From contig CAJWLU010000001.1 of NCBI GenBank assembly GCA_913043225.1, forward strand, positions 1 to 64,000: a DNA stretch of 64,000 nucleotides. The letters are read 5' to 3'. Below are positions 1-8,847 of the stretch, piece after piece. Every line of letters starts with the position of its first letter. Position 1 is the stretch's first letter. The stretch is from an uncultured Acidobacteriota bacterium. Lineage in GTDB: Bacteria > Acidobacteriota > Vicinamibacteria > Vicinamibacterales > UBA8438. Under the pieces are notes generated by a model. That model was not told the origin of the DNA, searched no databases, and saw only the letters and a list, made by a program, of their open reading frames with translations. Both the position numbers and the translations under genes were made by a program.

Positions 1-55
1 ACCGGGGGCCTCCTGCTCCCAAAGCAGGCGCGCTACCAGGCTGCGCCACGCCCCG
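1..55 (-). tRNA. tRNA-Pro(TGG), 3' end truncated by window edge
   Basis: Reverse complement reads CGGGGCGTGGCGCAGCCTGGTAGCGCGCCTGCTTTGGGAGCAGGAGGCCCCCGGT: D-arm GCGCAGCCTGGTAGCGC, anticodon stem CCTGC/GCAGG with loop TT-TGG-GA, start of T-arm. Confidence 0.93.
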
Positions 56-104
56 TACCGGTCAAGAGGCTTCCCTCTAATTATCCTCGAAGTTCCCGGA
101 GAAG

Positions 105-593
105 CTAGAACAGAGCTTTGTGCCAAGACTGACTGGCGGGGAGCTCCCAGTGACCGTTGCGGACATCGCCAACGGTGGTGAGGGAGTTATCAAAGACGAC
201 GGTCTCTGGGTTGACATCGCCCTTCTCGGCTAGCTCAATAAACTGATGGCGCTCGACACGGGCGATGCGATCGCCCTCGCGATAGAGCACCGGACCGTGG
301 TTAATGAGCTCCAGGCCAAGGGCAGTCTCAAGTCCCTTCATCTGACGGACCAGGGCGTCGATTGAGCAGCCGGAGGCACCGGCGGCGCGCTCGTCGACGG
401 CGACGAAGATGAACCGGTCATAGCGTAGGTCTCTGGCGGTGGTCAGCGGGCGATCGTGGGCGGCCCACTGCTCGATGAACCCATCGACGGCGCCTAAGAC
501 TTGGGTCTGCTCGTCCGCCGTCAGTAACCGCTCGGCGGCGAAGATCCAGAGACGGGCGTCGGGGGGAAGCTGGTCGAAAGCGATACGTGGCAT
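105..593 (-). CDS. Conserved hypothetical protein (SGCSID motif family, often mislabelled 'ABC transporter ATPase')
   Basis: MPRIAFDQLPPDARLWIF...W.AH..PL...ASGCSID...SWH; no Walker motifs. Confidence 0.75.
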   Translation of the reverse strand: MPRIAFDQLPPDARLWIFAAERLLTADEQTQVLGAVDGFIEQWAAHDRPLTTARDLRYDRFIFVAVDERAAGASGCSIDALVRQMKGLETALGLELINHGPVLYREGDRIARVERHQFIELAEKGDVNPETVVFDNSLTTVGDVRNGHWELPASQSWHKALF

Positions 594-640
594 CCGGTCG
601 ATTATGGCATGACCGGTACGACTCGAGCCCGCCCTCCTCA

Positions 641-1225
641 TCAGCGTGGGATGCCGGTCACCCCCTCGTCGAGCGGCACTCGAAAGGTCTTGAGCGCCAT
701 CGACACCAGGTTGTACTGGCCCACCGTGAAGACCACATCCATCAGCTGTCTCGTGTCGTAACGGGCCGCCAGCTCGTCCCAGGTCACGTCGCTGATCTCG
801 GCGTCGCGGCGCAGTTCGTCCACAGCGCGCAGCAGTGTGCGGTCAAAGCTCGACCACTCGGGCGCCTCTGGCCCTTCAGTAATGCGCTGGATCTCCGTCT
901 CGGTCAACCCAGCTTCCCTGCCGATGCGGGTGTGCTGTCCCCACTCGTAATCAGAACCCAGAAGAAACCCGATCCGCAGAATCAGCAACTCACGGTCGCG
1001 AGGGGGGAGCGTGCTGTTACCCAGCACATAGCGAGCAAACGTCAGCCAGGCATCCGACAGGTCAGGGTGATTTGCCAGCGTCTTGCTGATGTTGATACCA
1101 GACGCCGACTCGAGAGGCGGAATGCGCGGCTCCTGTGCCTGCCCGACGACAGACACGATCAAGCACACCGCCGCCACCGCCACTATTCGACGTATCGAGC
1201 GCCAGGGGAATCCGTTCCAACGCAT
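641..1225 (-). CDS. Carboxymuconolactone decarboxylase/AhpD-like protein with signal peptide
   Basis: LPPRDRELLILR...YEWGQH...VFTVGQYNLVS; GGGAGG SD before ATG at 1225; hydrophobic N-terminus. Confidence 0.85.
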   Translation of the reverse strand: MRWNGFPWRSIRRIVAVAAVCLIVSVVGQAQEPRIPPLESASGINISKTLANHPDLSDAWLTFARYVLGNSTLPPRDRELLILRIGFLLGSDYEWGQHTRIGREAGLTETEIQRITEGPEAPEWSSFDRTLLRAVDELRRDAEISDVTWDELAARYDTRQLMDVVFTVGQYNLVSMALKTFRVPLDEGVTGIPR

Positions 1226-1320
1226 GACTACCTCCCGTGAACTGTCGGGCCGATTATGCCACCCGCCACGCTCGCAGCCGGGACGCCCGCGCCGACCGCC
1301 ACGCCGACGAGCGCCATACA

Positions 1321-2010
1321 ATGGCACCCATGCAGACACGCCTGGCGCCGGAGACCCGAACCCTGGCTGCCAGTACCCTCGGGCGCTACATCGTCTCTCC
1401 GTCCGCACAACCTGGCCCCGCGCCGCTGCTGGTCGGCTTCCACGGCTACGGAGAAAACGCCGAGCGTCATCTGGAAGGCCTGCTCGGGATCCCCGACATC
1501 GAGCACTGGCAGGTCGCGTCAGTCCAAGCACTGAATCGGTTCTATGAGCGGAAGACCGGCACGGTGGTCGGGAGCTGGATGACCAGCCAAGACCGGGAGC
1601 AGGCAATCGCCGACAACCTGGCCTACGTGCGCGACGTCGTCGCCACGCTTCGGATCACCCCCGACCTGCCGCTGGTGTTTGCCGGGTTCTCGCAAGGAGT
1701 CGCGATGGCGTATCGCGCAGCGCTACGGTCAGGACACCGCTGCGACGGCCTGGTAGTACTGGCCAGCGACATTCCCCCGGAACTGCATGAGGAGCCGGCC
1801 GACCGATGGCCACCTATCCTCCTCGGAGGCGGCGTTGATGACCACTGGTATACCGAGCCAAAACGCGACGCCGACCTGACGTTCTTGACCTCCCGCGGCA
1901 TCGCATACGAGACCGTCACCTTCGACGGCGGTCACGCTTTTCACCCTGACTTCCACCGTGCCGCGAGCAAGTTCTTAGAGCGGGTCCGGAGCGGCGTGGA
2001 AGTCACGTAA
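1321..2010 (+). CDS. Phospholipase/carboxylesterase (alpha/beta hydrolase)
   Basis: FHGYG, GFSQG nucleophile elbow, D..WY, GGH. Confidence 0.88.
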   Translation: MAPMQTRLAPETRTLAASTLGRYIVSPSAQPGPAPLLVGFHGYGENAERHLEGLLGIPDIEHWQVASVQALNRFYERKTGTVVGSWMTSQDREQAIADNLAYVRDVVATLRITPDLPLVFAGFSQGVAMAYRAALRSGHRCDGLVVLASDIPPELHEEPADRWPPILLGGGVDDHWYTEPKRDADLTFLTSRGIAYETVTFDGGHAFHPDFHRAASKFLERVRSGVEVT

Positions 2011-2023
2011 CGGCTTCGGGCCT

Positions 2024-2059
2024 CAGGCAGTTCCGAAGGAGTGTCAGCGGAACTGCCTG
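2024..2059. repeat. Perfect 12-bp inverted repeat (hairpin) between two hydrolase genes
   Basis: CAGGCAGTTCCG-12 nt-CGGAACTGCCTG; no U-tract. Confidence 0.6.
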
Positions 2060-2114
2060 GCAGTCCTGCTCGAGAGTGGCAGCACGGCCCTCTTCAGCCC
2101 CGCCGTCAAAACGT

Positions 2115-2798
2115 ATGAAACGGTTCACGATCGCCGTTGGCGTCGAGTCGACCACCGCCATCGCCTACCCGACGACCAATGCGCGCGCGAGCATGATCCT
2201 CGCGCACGGCGCCGGTACGGCGCAGACCCATCCGTTCATGGTGGCGTTCGGCCGAGGCCTGGCCGAGCGGGGCATCGAGGCGGTCACCTTCAACTTCCTG
2301 TATGCCGAGCAAGGTCGACGCCCGCCGGACCCGGCATCGAAGCTAGAAGCGTGCTATCGATCCGTTGTGGACACCATGCGGGAGCACTCGCAGGGCCGCC
2401 CGCTGTTCATCGGGGGCAAGTCAATGGGTGGACGCATGGCCACCCACATTGCGGCGTCGCCAGACCCGGATTCGGACGACGGCGAACCAGCGGCCGATGT
2501 AGCCGGCGTCATAGCTCTGGGCTATCCCCTGCACCCACCCGGGCGCCCCGAGAAGATACGGGACGCGCACCTGCCGCACATAGCGGCGCCGACCCTAGTC
2601 GTCCAGGGCGCACGCGACCCGTTTGGCACCGAGGCGGAGCTACGGCCGGTGCTGGCCAGAATGCCGGCCGCCGCCCTCCATGTCGTGGAAGGCGGCGACC
2701 ATTCGTTCAATGTACGAGGAAAGCAGGCGCCGTCGAAGCGGGAGACCTACGACGCCGTGATTGACGTAATGGTCGAGTGGATCGAGCGGCAAGCCTAA
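2115..2798 (+). CDS. Alpha/beta hydrolase (KANL3/Tex30-like)
   Basis: LAHGAG, GGKSMGGR, LGYPLHPPG, QG.RDPFG, GGDHS. Confidence 0.88.
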   Translation: MKRFTIAVGVESTTAIAYPTTNARASMILAHGAGTAQTHPFMVAFGRGLAERGIEAVTFNFLYAEQGRRPPDPASKLEACYRSVVDTMREHSQGRPLFIGGKSMGGRMATHIAASPDPDSDDGEPAADVAGVIALGYPLHPPGRPEKIRDAHLPHIAAPTLVVQGARDPFGTEAELRPVLARMPAAALHVVEGGDHSFNVRGKQAPSKRETYDAVIDVMVEWIERQA

Positions 2799-2886
2799 AG
2801 CCGCCAGGTGCCGGTCGTGGCCATCAATGACCGCTTCCCGGAAGGACTTGAGCAGGCCACGCAACCCAAAGCCAGGCGTCGATGTC

Positions 2887-3900
2887 CTACACCGACTCCT
2901 TCAGCGTGACCGCGTCGAGAAACGGCATCATCCCGCGGAGTTCGACGCCCACTTTTTCGATCTGCAGCTCCTGCTCGGCGCGACGGGTCGCCATGAACTC
3001 GGGCCGGCCGGCCTTGTCTTCCTCGATCCAAGCCTTGGCAAAACTGCCGTCCTGAATGTCCCGGAGCATGCTGCGCATCGCCTCGCGAGTGGCGTCAGTA
3101 ATCACCTGGGGACCACCGGTGTAATCACCGCGCTCGGCGGTGTCGCTGACCGAGTAGCGCATGTAGTTGAGTCCGCCGCGGTAGATCAGGTCGACGATGA
3201 GCTTCAGCTCGTGCATACACTCAAAATACGCGACCTCAGGCTGATAGCCAGCGTCGACGAGGGTCTTGAAACCAGCCTTGATCAGCTCGCTGACCCCGCC
3301 GCAAAGCACCGCCTGCTCACCAAAGAGATCCGTCTCGGTTTCCTCGGTGAAGGTGGTCTCGATAACCCCTGCGCGAGTCACTCCAAGTCCCTTGGCGTAG
3401 GACATTGCGAGCGCGTGCGCGTTGCCAGTAGCGTCCTGCTCGACGGCGATAAGCGCCGGCGTGCCCCCCCCCTCCTGGAACACCTCACGCACCCGATGGC
3501 CGGGCGCCTTGGGCGCGATCAGAGTGACGTCGACATCCTTCGGCGGCGTGATCGTGTCGTAGCGGATGTTGAAACCATGGGCGAACATCAGCATGTCGCC
3601 CGACTTCAGGTTACTTGCGATCGACTCGGCATAGATTGCCGGCTGTTTGGTGTCGGGCGCTAGAATCATGATGACGTCGGCCCAGGCCGCCGCCTCGGCG
3701 CCGCTGTTGACAGTAAGGCCGTCCGCCGCCGCCTTCGGGTGCGACTTGCTCCCCTCGGCCAGGGCCACCCGCACGTCCACGCCGCTGTCCTTGAGATTGA
3801 GCGCATGGGCATGGCCCTGCGAACCGTAGCCGAAGATAGCTACCTTCTTTTGCTGGATGAGCGAGAGATCTGCCGCGTCGTCGTAGTGAATCGTTGCCAT
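2887..3900 (-). CDS. ilvC: Ketol-acid reductoisomerase
   Basis: [36 protein letters not shown]. Confidence 0.98.
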   Translation of the reverse strand: MATIHYDDAADLSLIQQKKVAIFGYGSQGHAHALNLKDSGVDVRVALAEGSKSHPKAAADGLTVNSGAEAAAWADVIMILAPDTKQPAIYAESIASNLKSGDMLMFAHGFNIRYDTITPPKDVDVTLIAPKAPGHRVREVFQEGGGTPALIAVEQDATGNAHALAMSYAKGLGVTRAGVIETTFTEETETDLFGEQAVLCGGVSELIKAGFKTLVDAGYQPEVAYFECMHELKLIVDLIYRGGLNYMRYSVSDTAERGDYTGGPQVITDATREAMRSMLRDIQDGSFAKAWIEEDKAGRPEFMATRRAEQELQIEKVGVELRGMMPFLDAVTLKESV

Positions 3901-3967
3901 TGCTCGTTTCTGCCTCGTGGTTGCGATGGTGTCCGGGCGTCGCCCGGGCGGTCACGAATCTGTCCAA

Positions 3968-4513
3968 TCAGACCGAATAGGATACGTTGTCGTCGACTTC
4001 GCCGGGAGTCTCATCCGAGGGCCCCTCGACCGGCGCCTGCTGACCGCGAGACATGGCGACCCGTCCGGTACGCACCATTTCCAGCACCTCATAGGGCTCG
4101 AGCACGCCCATCAGCCCGTCGATCTTCTCCTCGGTGCCGGTGGCTTCGATGATGAGCGAGTCAGGCGCCACGTCGACCACCTTGGCGCGGAAGGTGTCGA
4201 CTAACTGCATGATGTGGGTACGGGTCTCCTGGTCGGCACTGACCCGGATCAGCGTTAACTCGCGCACCACCGCTGCCTCGGCGGTCAGGTCGGTGACCCG
4301 AAGCACGTTCACCAGCTTGTAGAGGTTGGCCTCGAGCCGCTTGGCCCCATTGGCGTCGGTGTCGACCACAATGGTCATCCGAGACACCCCGCTGGTTTCG
4401 GTGTGCCCGACTGTCAGCGACTCGATGTTGAAGGCGCGACGCCGGAACAGCGACGCCACGCGGTTCAGCACCCCGGGCTTGTCTTCGACATGAACGACGA
4501 AAGTGTGACGCAT
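3968..4513 (-). CDS. ilvN: Acetolactate synthase small regulatory subunit
   Basis: VEDKPGVLNRVASLFRRRAFNIESL ACT domain; EMVRTG. Confidence 0.97.
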   Translation of the reverse strand: MRHTFVVHVEDKPGVLNRVASLFRRRAFNIESLTVGHTETSGVSRMTIVVDTDANGAKRLEANLYKLVNVLRVTDLTAEAAVVRELTLIRVSADQETRTHIMQLVDTFRAKVVDVAPDSLIIEATGTEEKIDGLMGVLEPYEVLEMVRTGRVAMSRGQQAPVEGPSDETPGEVDDNVSYSV

Positions 4514-4605
4514 CTTCTTTCCATGGGGCTCCGCACCAAACCCCGGCTCTTCGCTAGTGAGGCACAACGCCCCACACAGCTCGTCGCGGGCGCGCTATGT
4601 GCGCG

Positions 4606-6324
4606 CTAGTCGTCGGCTGTCTCCACGATCGGGCTCGGACTGGGTCGGCGGATCATGGCTTGGAGATCGGCGCCGGCGGGCACCATCGGGTAGACGGTGT
4701 CCTCCTGCTCCACCCGGAAGTCGATCACGACGGCGCCCTCGTGGGCCCGCGCCATCTCGATGGTCGGCTCGACGTCCTGCCGGCGAGAGACCTGGGCGCT
4801 CTTCAGGCCGAACGCCTCGGCCAGCTTGGCGAAGTCGGGGCTGAGCAGCGGCGTCGCAGCGTACCGGCGCTCGTAAAAGAACTCCTGCCACTGACGCACC
4901 ATCCCAAGGTAGCCGTTGTTGATGATGGCCACGTTGATCTTGACCTTCTCCTGGGCAATGGTGGCCAACTCGCACATGGTCATCTGGAACCCACCGTCAC
5001 CAACCACAACCCACACCTCGGCATCTGGTCGAGACAGCTTGGCGCCAATGGCGGCCGGCAGCGCGAACCCCATCGTGCCCAGACCGCCAGAGGTGATAAG
5101 CGAACGGGGCTCCTGGTGGTGGTAGTACTGCGCCTCCCACATCTGATGCTGGCCGACGTCGGTCACCACCACCGCCTGGCCGTCGGTCATCCGCCAGATG
5201 TCATTGATGACGTGCGCGGCATAGAGATGCCCGCTGTCGGGAATGTTTTGGACGTCCCGCACTGCCGAATCGCCCTTCATCACCCCGATCGCTGAGAGCC
5301 AGTCGGACCGATCGCCACGCTCCACATGAGGCAGGAGATCGGCGAGCACGGCCGACAGGTCACCCGCCAGCGCCACGTCCACCAGCACGTTCTTATTGAA
5401 CTCGGCCGGGTCGATGTCGATGTGTATCTTCCGGGCGTTGGGTGCGTAGGTCTTGAGGTTACCGGTCACCCGATCGTCGAACCGCATCCCGAACGCCAGC
5501 AGGAGGTCCGCCTCCTGAATAGCCTGATTCACCCATGCCTCGCCGTGCATCCCCATCATGCCGAGATTGAGGGGGTGGAGCGCCGGCACCGACCCTATTC
5601 CCAGCAGCGTCATCGCGATCGGGATGTTCGCGCGCTCGGCGAACTCGCGCACCAGATCCATCGCCCCGGACAGCATCACACCGTGGCCGGAAAAGATGAC
5701 GGGCCGCTTCGCGCCGTTGATCAGCTCTACAGCCTGCTGGTATTCGGCTTCGGTCGCCCGGAGCTCGGGGCGATACCCCGGCAGTTGCACGGGGCTGTCG
5801 TCCCAGACGAACTCGGTTGACGACTGCTGGGCGTCCTTGGTGATGTCCACTAGCACCGGACCGGGTCGACCAGACTTCGCAACGTAGAACGCCTCGTGGA
5901 TAGTCGGCGCCACCTCGTCGACGTCTGACACCAAATAATTGTGCTTGGTGATCGGCAGAGTCACGCCGGTGACATCGGTTTCCTGAAACGCGTCCGAGCC
6001 AATCAGCTTACTCCCAACCTGGCCGGTGATGCAGACCATGGGCGAACTGTCGAGCATGGCCGTGGCGATGCCGGTCACCATGTTGGTGGCGCCTGGGCCA
6101 GAGGTAGCAATCGCCACGCCGACCTCGCCGCTGGCGCGCGCATAACCGTCGGCCATGTGCGTGGCACCCTGCTCGTGGCGCACCAGCACGTGACGGATCG
6201 GGTACTCGAGCATCGCGTCGTAGGCGGGCAGGATGGCACCGCCCGGATACCCGAAGACGGTGGAGACGCCTTCGCGCACCAGCGACTCCCATAGGATCTG
6301 CGCGCCGGTTCGAATGTTGTCCAT
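4606..6324 (-). CDS. ilvB: Acetolactate synthase large subunit
   Basis: FGYPGGAILP, RHEQGA, TDVGQHQMW, GDGGFQM..NN.LGMVRQWQ TPP motif. Confidence 0.98.
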   Translation of the reverse strand: MDNIRTGAQILWESLVREGVSTVFGYPGGAILPAYDAMLEYPIRHVLVRHEQGATHMADGYARASGEVGVAIATSGPGATNMVTGIATAMLDSSPMVCITGQVGSKLIGSDAFQETDVTGVTLPITKHNYLVSDVDEVAPTIHEAFYVAKSGRPGPVLVDITKDAQQSSTEFVWDDSPVQLPGYRPELRATEAEYQQAVELINGAKRPVIFSGHGVMLSGAMDLVREFAERANIPIAMTLLGIGSVPALHPLNLGMMGMHGEAWVNQAIQEADLLLAFGMRFDDRVTGNLKTYAPNARKIHIDIDPAEFNKNVLVDVALAGDLSAVLADLLPHVERGDRSDWLSAIGVMKGDSAVRDVQNIPDSGHLYAAHVINDIWRMTDGQAVVVTDVGQHQMWEAQYYHHQEPRSLITSGGLGTMGFALPAAIGAKLSRPDAEVWVVVGDGGFQMTMCELATIAQEKVKINVAIINNGYLGMVRQWQEFFYERRYAATPLLSPDFAKLAEAFGLKSAQVSRRQDVEPTIEMARAHEGAVVIDFRVEQEDTVYPMVPAGADLQAMIRRPSPSPIVETADD

Positions 6325-6350
6325 GACGATGGTCCTTCCTTACTACCTTC

Positions 6351-8063
6351 TTACCCAGTGGTCACCGCGCCTTGCGCGGCTGACGACACCAACCGAGCGT
6401 ACTTGGCCATGACGCCGCTGGTGGTCTTCGACTTAGGAGGCCGCCAGGCCGCGCGTCGCGACGCCAGCTCCTCTTCACTGACTTCTAACTCGAGCTTCCG
6501 GTTCTGCTCGTCGAACAGGATCGTGTCACCGTCACATACGAGCGCGATCGGACCACCCTTGGCGGCTTCCGGGGCCACGTGTCCGGCCATCATGCCGCGG
6601 GTCGCTCCGGAAAAACGGCCGTCGGTCAGCAACGCCACCGACTCACCTAGCCCGGCGCCGACGATGGCAGCGGTTACCGCCAGCATTTCACGCATGCCCG
6701 GACCGCCCTGCGGTCCTTCATAGCGGATCACCACGATGTCTCCAGCCTTGATCTGGCCCCGTTCGATGGCGGCGAACGCTCCCTCCTCGCCGTCGAACAC
6801 GCGAGCTGACCCGCGATGCTGCTGCGGCGTGTGCCCGGCGACCTTCACCACGCAGCCATCGGGCGCGAGGTTGCCGCGCAAGATCACCAGTCCCCCTGTA
6901 GGTGTTATCGGGTCGGACACCGGCCGCATCACCTTTTGCCCGGCGGTTTCTTGCGCGCTGTCGGCGACCTCGCCAATGGTCTGGCCCGTCACGGTCATGG
7001 CATCGCTGTGCAGGAGGCCGGCCTCCTTAAGGCGATGCGCCACTAGCTCGAGGCCCCCGGCCCGATAAAGGTCCGTCGCCACGAACTGCCCACCCGGCTT
7101 CAGGTCGGCCAGAAGCGGCGTCCGTTCACTGACCCGATCGAAGTCCTCCATGGCCAGCTCGACTCCGGCCTCATGCGCTATAGCGAGCAGGTGCAGCACG
7201 GCGTTGGTCGAGCCGCCGGTAGTCGCCACGGCCGCGATGGCGTTCTCGATCGCGTCCTTGGTGACGATGTCACGGGGACGGACGCCTCGTCGAACCAGGT
7301 CGAGGACGAGCGCGCCGGCCTGCTTCGACACTTCGTACTTCTCGGGCCGGGTGGCAACCTCACCGCCCTCGTCGAGAAGCGTGGTTGCCGGCACCCCGTT
7401 GGCCGCCATCGGCGACACGCCGAGTAGCTCGCAGACCGTGGACATCGTGTTGGCCGTGAACTGGCCGCCGCACGCACCGGCGCCCGGGCAAGCCACGTTT
7501 TCGAGCGCCAGAAGCTCGCCGTCGGTCATCGTGCCGGCAGCATGGGCACCCACTGCTTCGAAGACGTCCTGAATAGTGACGTCCTTCCCGTCGTACCGTC
7601 CGGGCGCGATGGAACCGCCGTAGAGGACGAGGCCTGGGATATTGAGACGCACGAGCGACATAACCCCGCCGGGAATCGTCTTATCGCATCCCACCAAGAT
7701 GACGATGCCGTCAAACAGGTTGCCCCGCGCTACGAGCTCGATCGAGTCAGCGATCACCTCACGGCTGACGAGCGAAGTCTTCATCCCCTCGCTGCCCATG
7801 GTGATGCCGTCCGAGATGGAGACCGTGTTGAACTCCATCGGCGTGCCGCCGGCCTCGCGAATCCCCTGCTTGACCTCTTCGGCCAGGTCACGCAGGTGGT
7901 AATTACACGGACCGATCTCGGTCCAGGTGTTGGCCACCCCGATGATCGGCTTCGCTAGCGCCTCGTCGTCAAAGCCCACCGCCTTGAGCATGGCGCGCGC
8001 CGGCGCCCGCGACGGGCCGTCGGTGATCTCACCGCTACGGGTCTTGCCGGATGTTGCGCTCAT
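6351..8063 (-). CDS. ilvD: Dihydroxy-acid dehydratase
   Basis: PCN, SDGITMG, GCDKT, CGGQFTANTM, GGSTN, TDGRFSG; start taken at MSATSG. Confidence 0.97.
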   Translation of the reverse strand: MSATSGKTRSGEITDGPSRAPARAMLKAVGFDDEALAKPIIGVANTWTEIGPCNYHLRDLAEEVKQGIREAGGTPMEFNTVSISDGITMGSEGMKTSLVSREVIADSIELVARGNLFDGIVILVGCDKTIPGGVMSLVRLNIPGLVLYGGSIAPGRYDGKDVTIQDVFEAVGAHAAGTMTDGELLALENVACPGAGACGGQFTANTMSTVCELLGVSPMAANGVPATTLLDEGGEVATRPEKYEVSKQAGALVLDLVRRGVRPRDIVTKDAIENAIAAVATTGGSTNAVLHLLAIAHEAGVELAMEDFDRVSERTPLLADLKPGGQFVATDLYRAGGLELVAHRLKEAGLLHSDAMTVTGQTIGEVADSAQETAGQKVMRPVSDPITPTGGLVILRGNLAPDGCVVKVAGHTPQQHRGSARVFDGEEGAFAAIERGQIKAGDIVVIRYEGPQGGPGMREMLAVTAAIVGAGLGESVALLTDGRFSGATRGMMAGHVAPEAAKGGPIALVCDGDTILFDEQNRKLELEVSEEELASRRAAWRPPKSKTTSGVMAKYARLVSSAAQGAVTTG

Positions 8064-8076
8064 CGCTGGAATCCAC

Positions 8077-8144
8077 AAAAAAAGGGCCATCAACCGTATG
8101 CGGATGATGGCCCTACCTAATCGCTGTCGGGGTACATCATCCGC
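8077..8144 (-). promoter_or_regulatory. ilv attenuator: intrinsic terminator plus overlapping antiterminator
   Basis: On minus strand AGGGCCATCA/TGATGGCCCT stem (8083-8114) followed by U-run (8077-8083); upstream GCGGATGATG (8135-8144) is complementary to CATCATCCGC in the terminator 5' arm. Confidence 0.9.
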
Positions 8145-8211
8145 TGGATGTCGGCGTAATGACACCGACACTGGCGACAACGACGACAGAGCGAAGCTGA
8201 AGGCTATCCAT
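8137..8211 (-). CDS. ilv operon leader peptide (24 aa)
   Basis: MDSLQLRSVVVVASVGVITPTSSG*: four tandem Val codons plus further Val, Ile and Leu, directly upstream of the terminator and ilvD. Confidence 0.88.
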   Translation of the reverse strand: MDSLQLRSVVVVASVGVITPTSSG

Positions 8212-8365
8212 CGAACATGCGGGCCCCATGGGACGCCCCCGGGGCCACCGAGATTCACTCATTGTATCGCGGGCACGGATCAGGTCGTCAAGCCATGACG
8301 ATGCTAGACTGAAACAAGCCAGGATCGATCCGCGTCTAAGGAAAGAGACACCGGAACCACCGTCG

Positions 8366-8724
8366 ATGCCCAAAGCCCTTCCGCTCTCCGCCTGGTTCGT
8401 CGTTCTTGGGCAATGCGTAACGCTCGTCGCGGCGCCCATCGCCGTGTGTTGTTTCGCCAAGCCCGGCGAGGTGGCAGAGCACGACTGCCCGCACGAGATG
8501 ACGACCGGCGCCAGTGCACAGTGAAGCGCAGGCCAACGACGACCGATGGAGGGACTGTAACACTGACACCGAGCTCCTCTCCTGGCTGAAAGTGCCCGCG
8601 TCGACACCAGAAGCGATGCGGGTGGGACACACCTTGCTCGACAGCCAGCCAGCATTCGCCGTTCCGCTTCCCTCCCCCCCTCGATCTCGCGTACGCCCCG
8701 TCACCACCTCCTCCGCGCGCGTAG
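8366..8724 (+). pseudogene. Frameshifted small Cys/His-rich, C-terminal PPPR leader-type protein upstream of TonB receptor
   Basis: Three frames join to give MPKALPLSAWFVVLGQCVTLVAAPIAVCC..HDCPHEM / DCNTDTELLS.. / LDLAYAPSPPPPRA*. Confidence 0.55.
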
Positions 8725-8847
8725 CTCCGTCCCATCTCAATTCGTTTCTCGGAAAGTAACGGTCTGCCGTGTGCGGTGTGCCACGTTGTGAGTCTCTGGC
8801 ACCCGGTGGCTAGCCGGAGCTGGCACCTTATCCTGCCGAGATAAAGT

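Noticed and set aside
1..110. tRNA-Pro as a possible island integration site
   Set aside because: No integrase, att duplication or compositional shift is visible; the tRNA 3' end lies outside the window.
8064..8258. Long N-terminal extension of ilvD in the ORF track
   Set aside because: It runs through the attenuator terminator and leader; the real start is most likely ATG at 8063.
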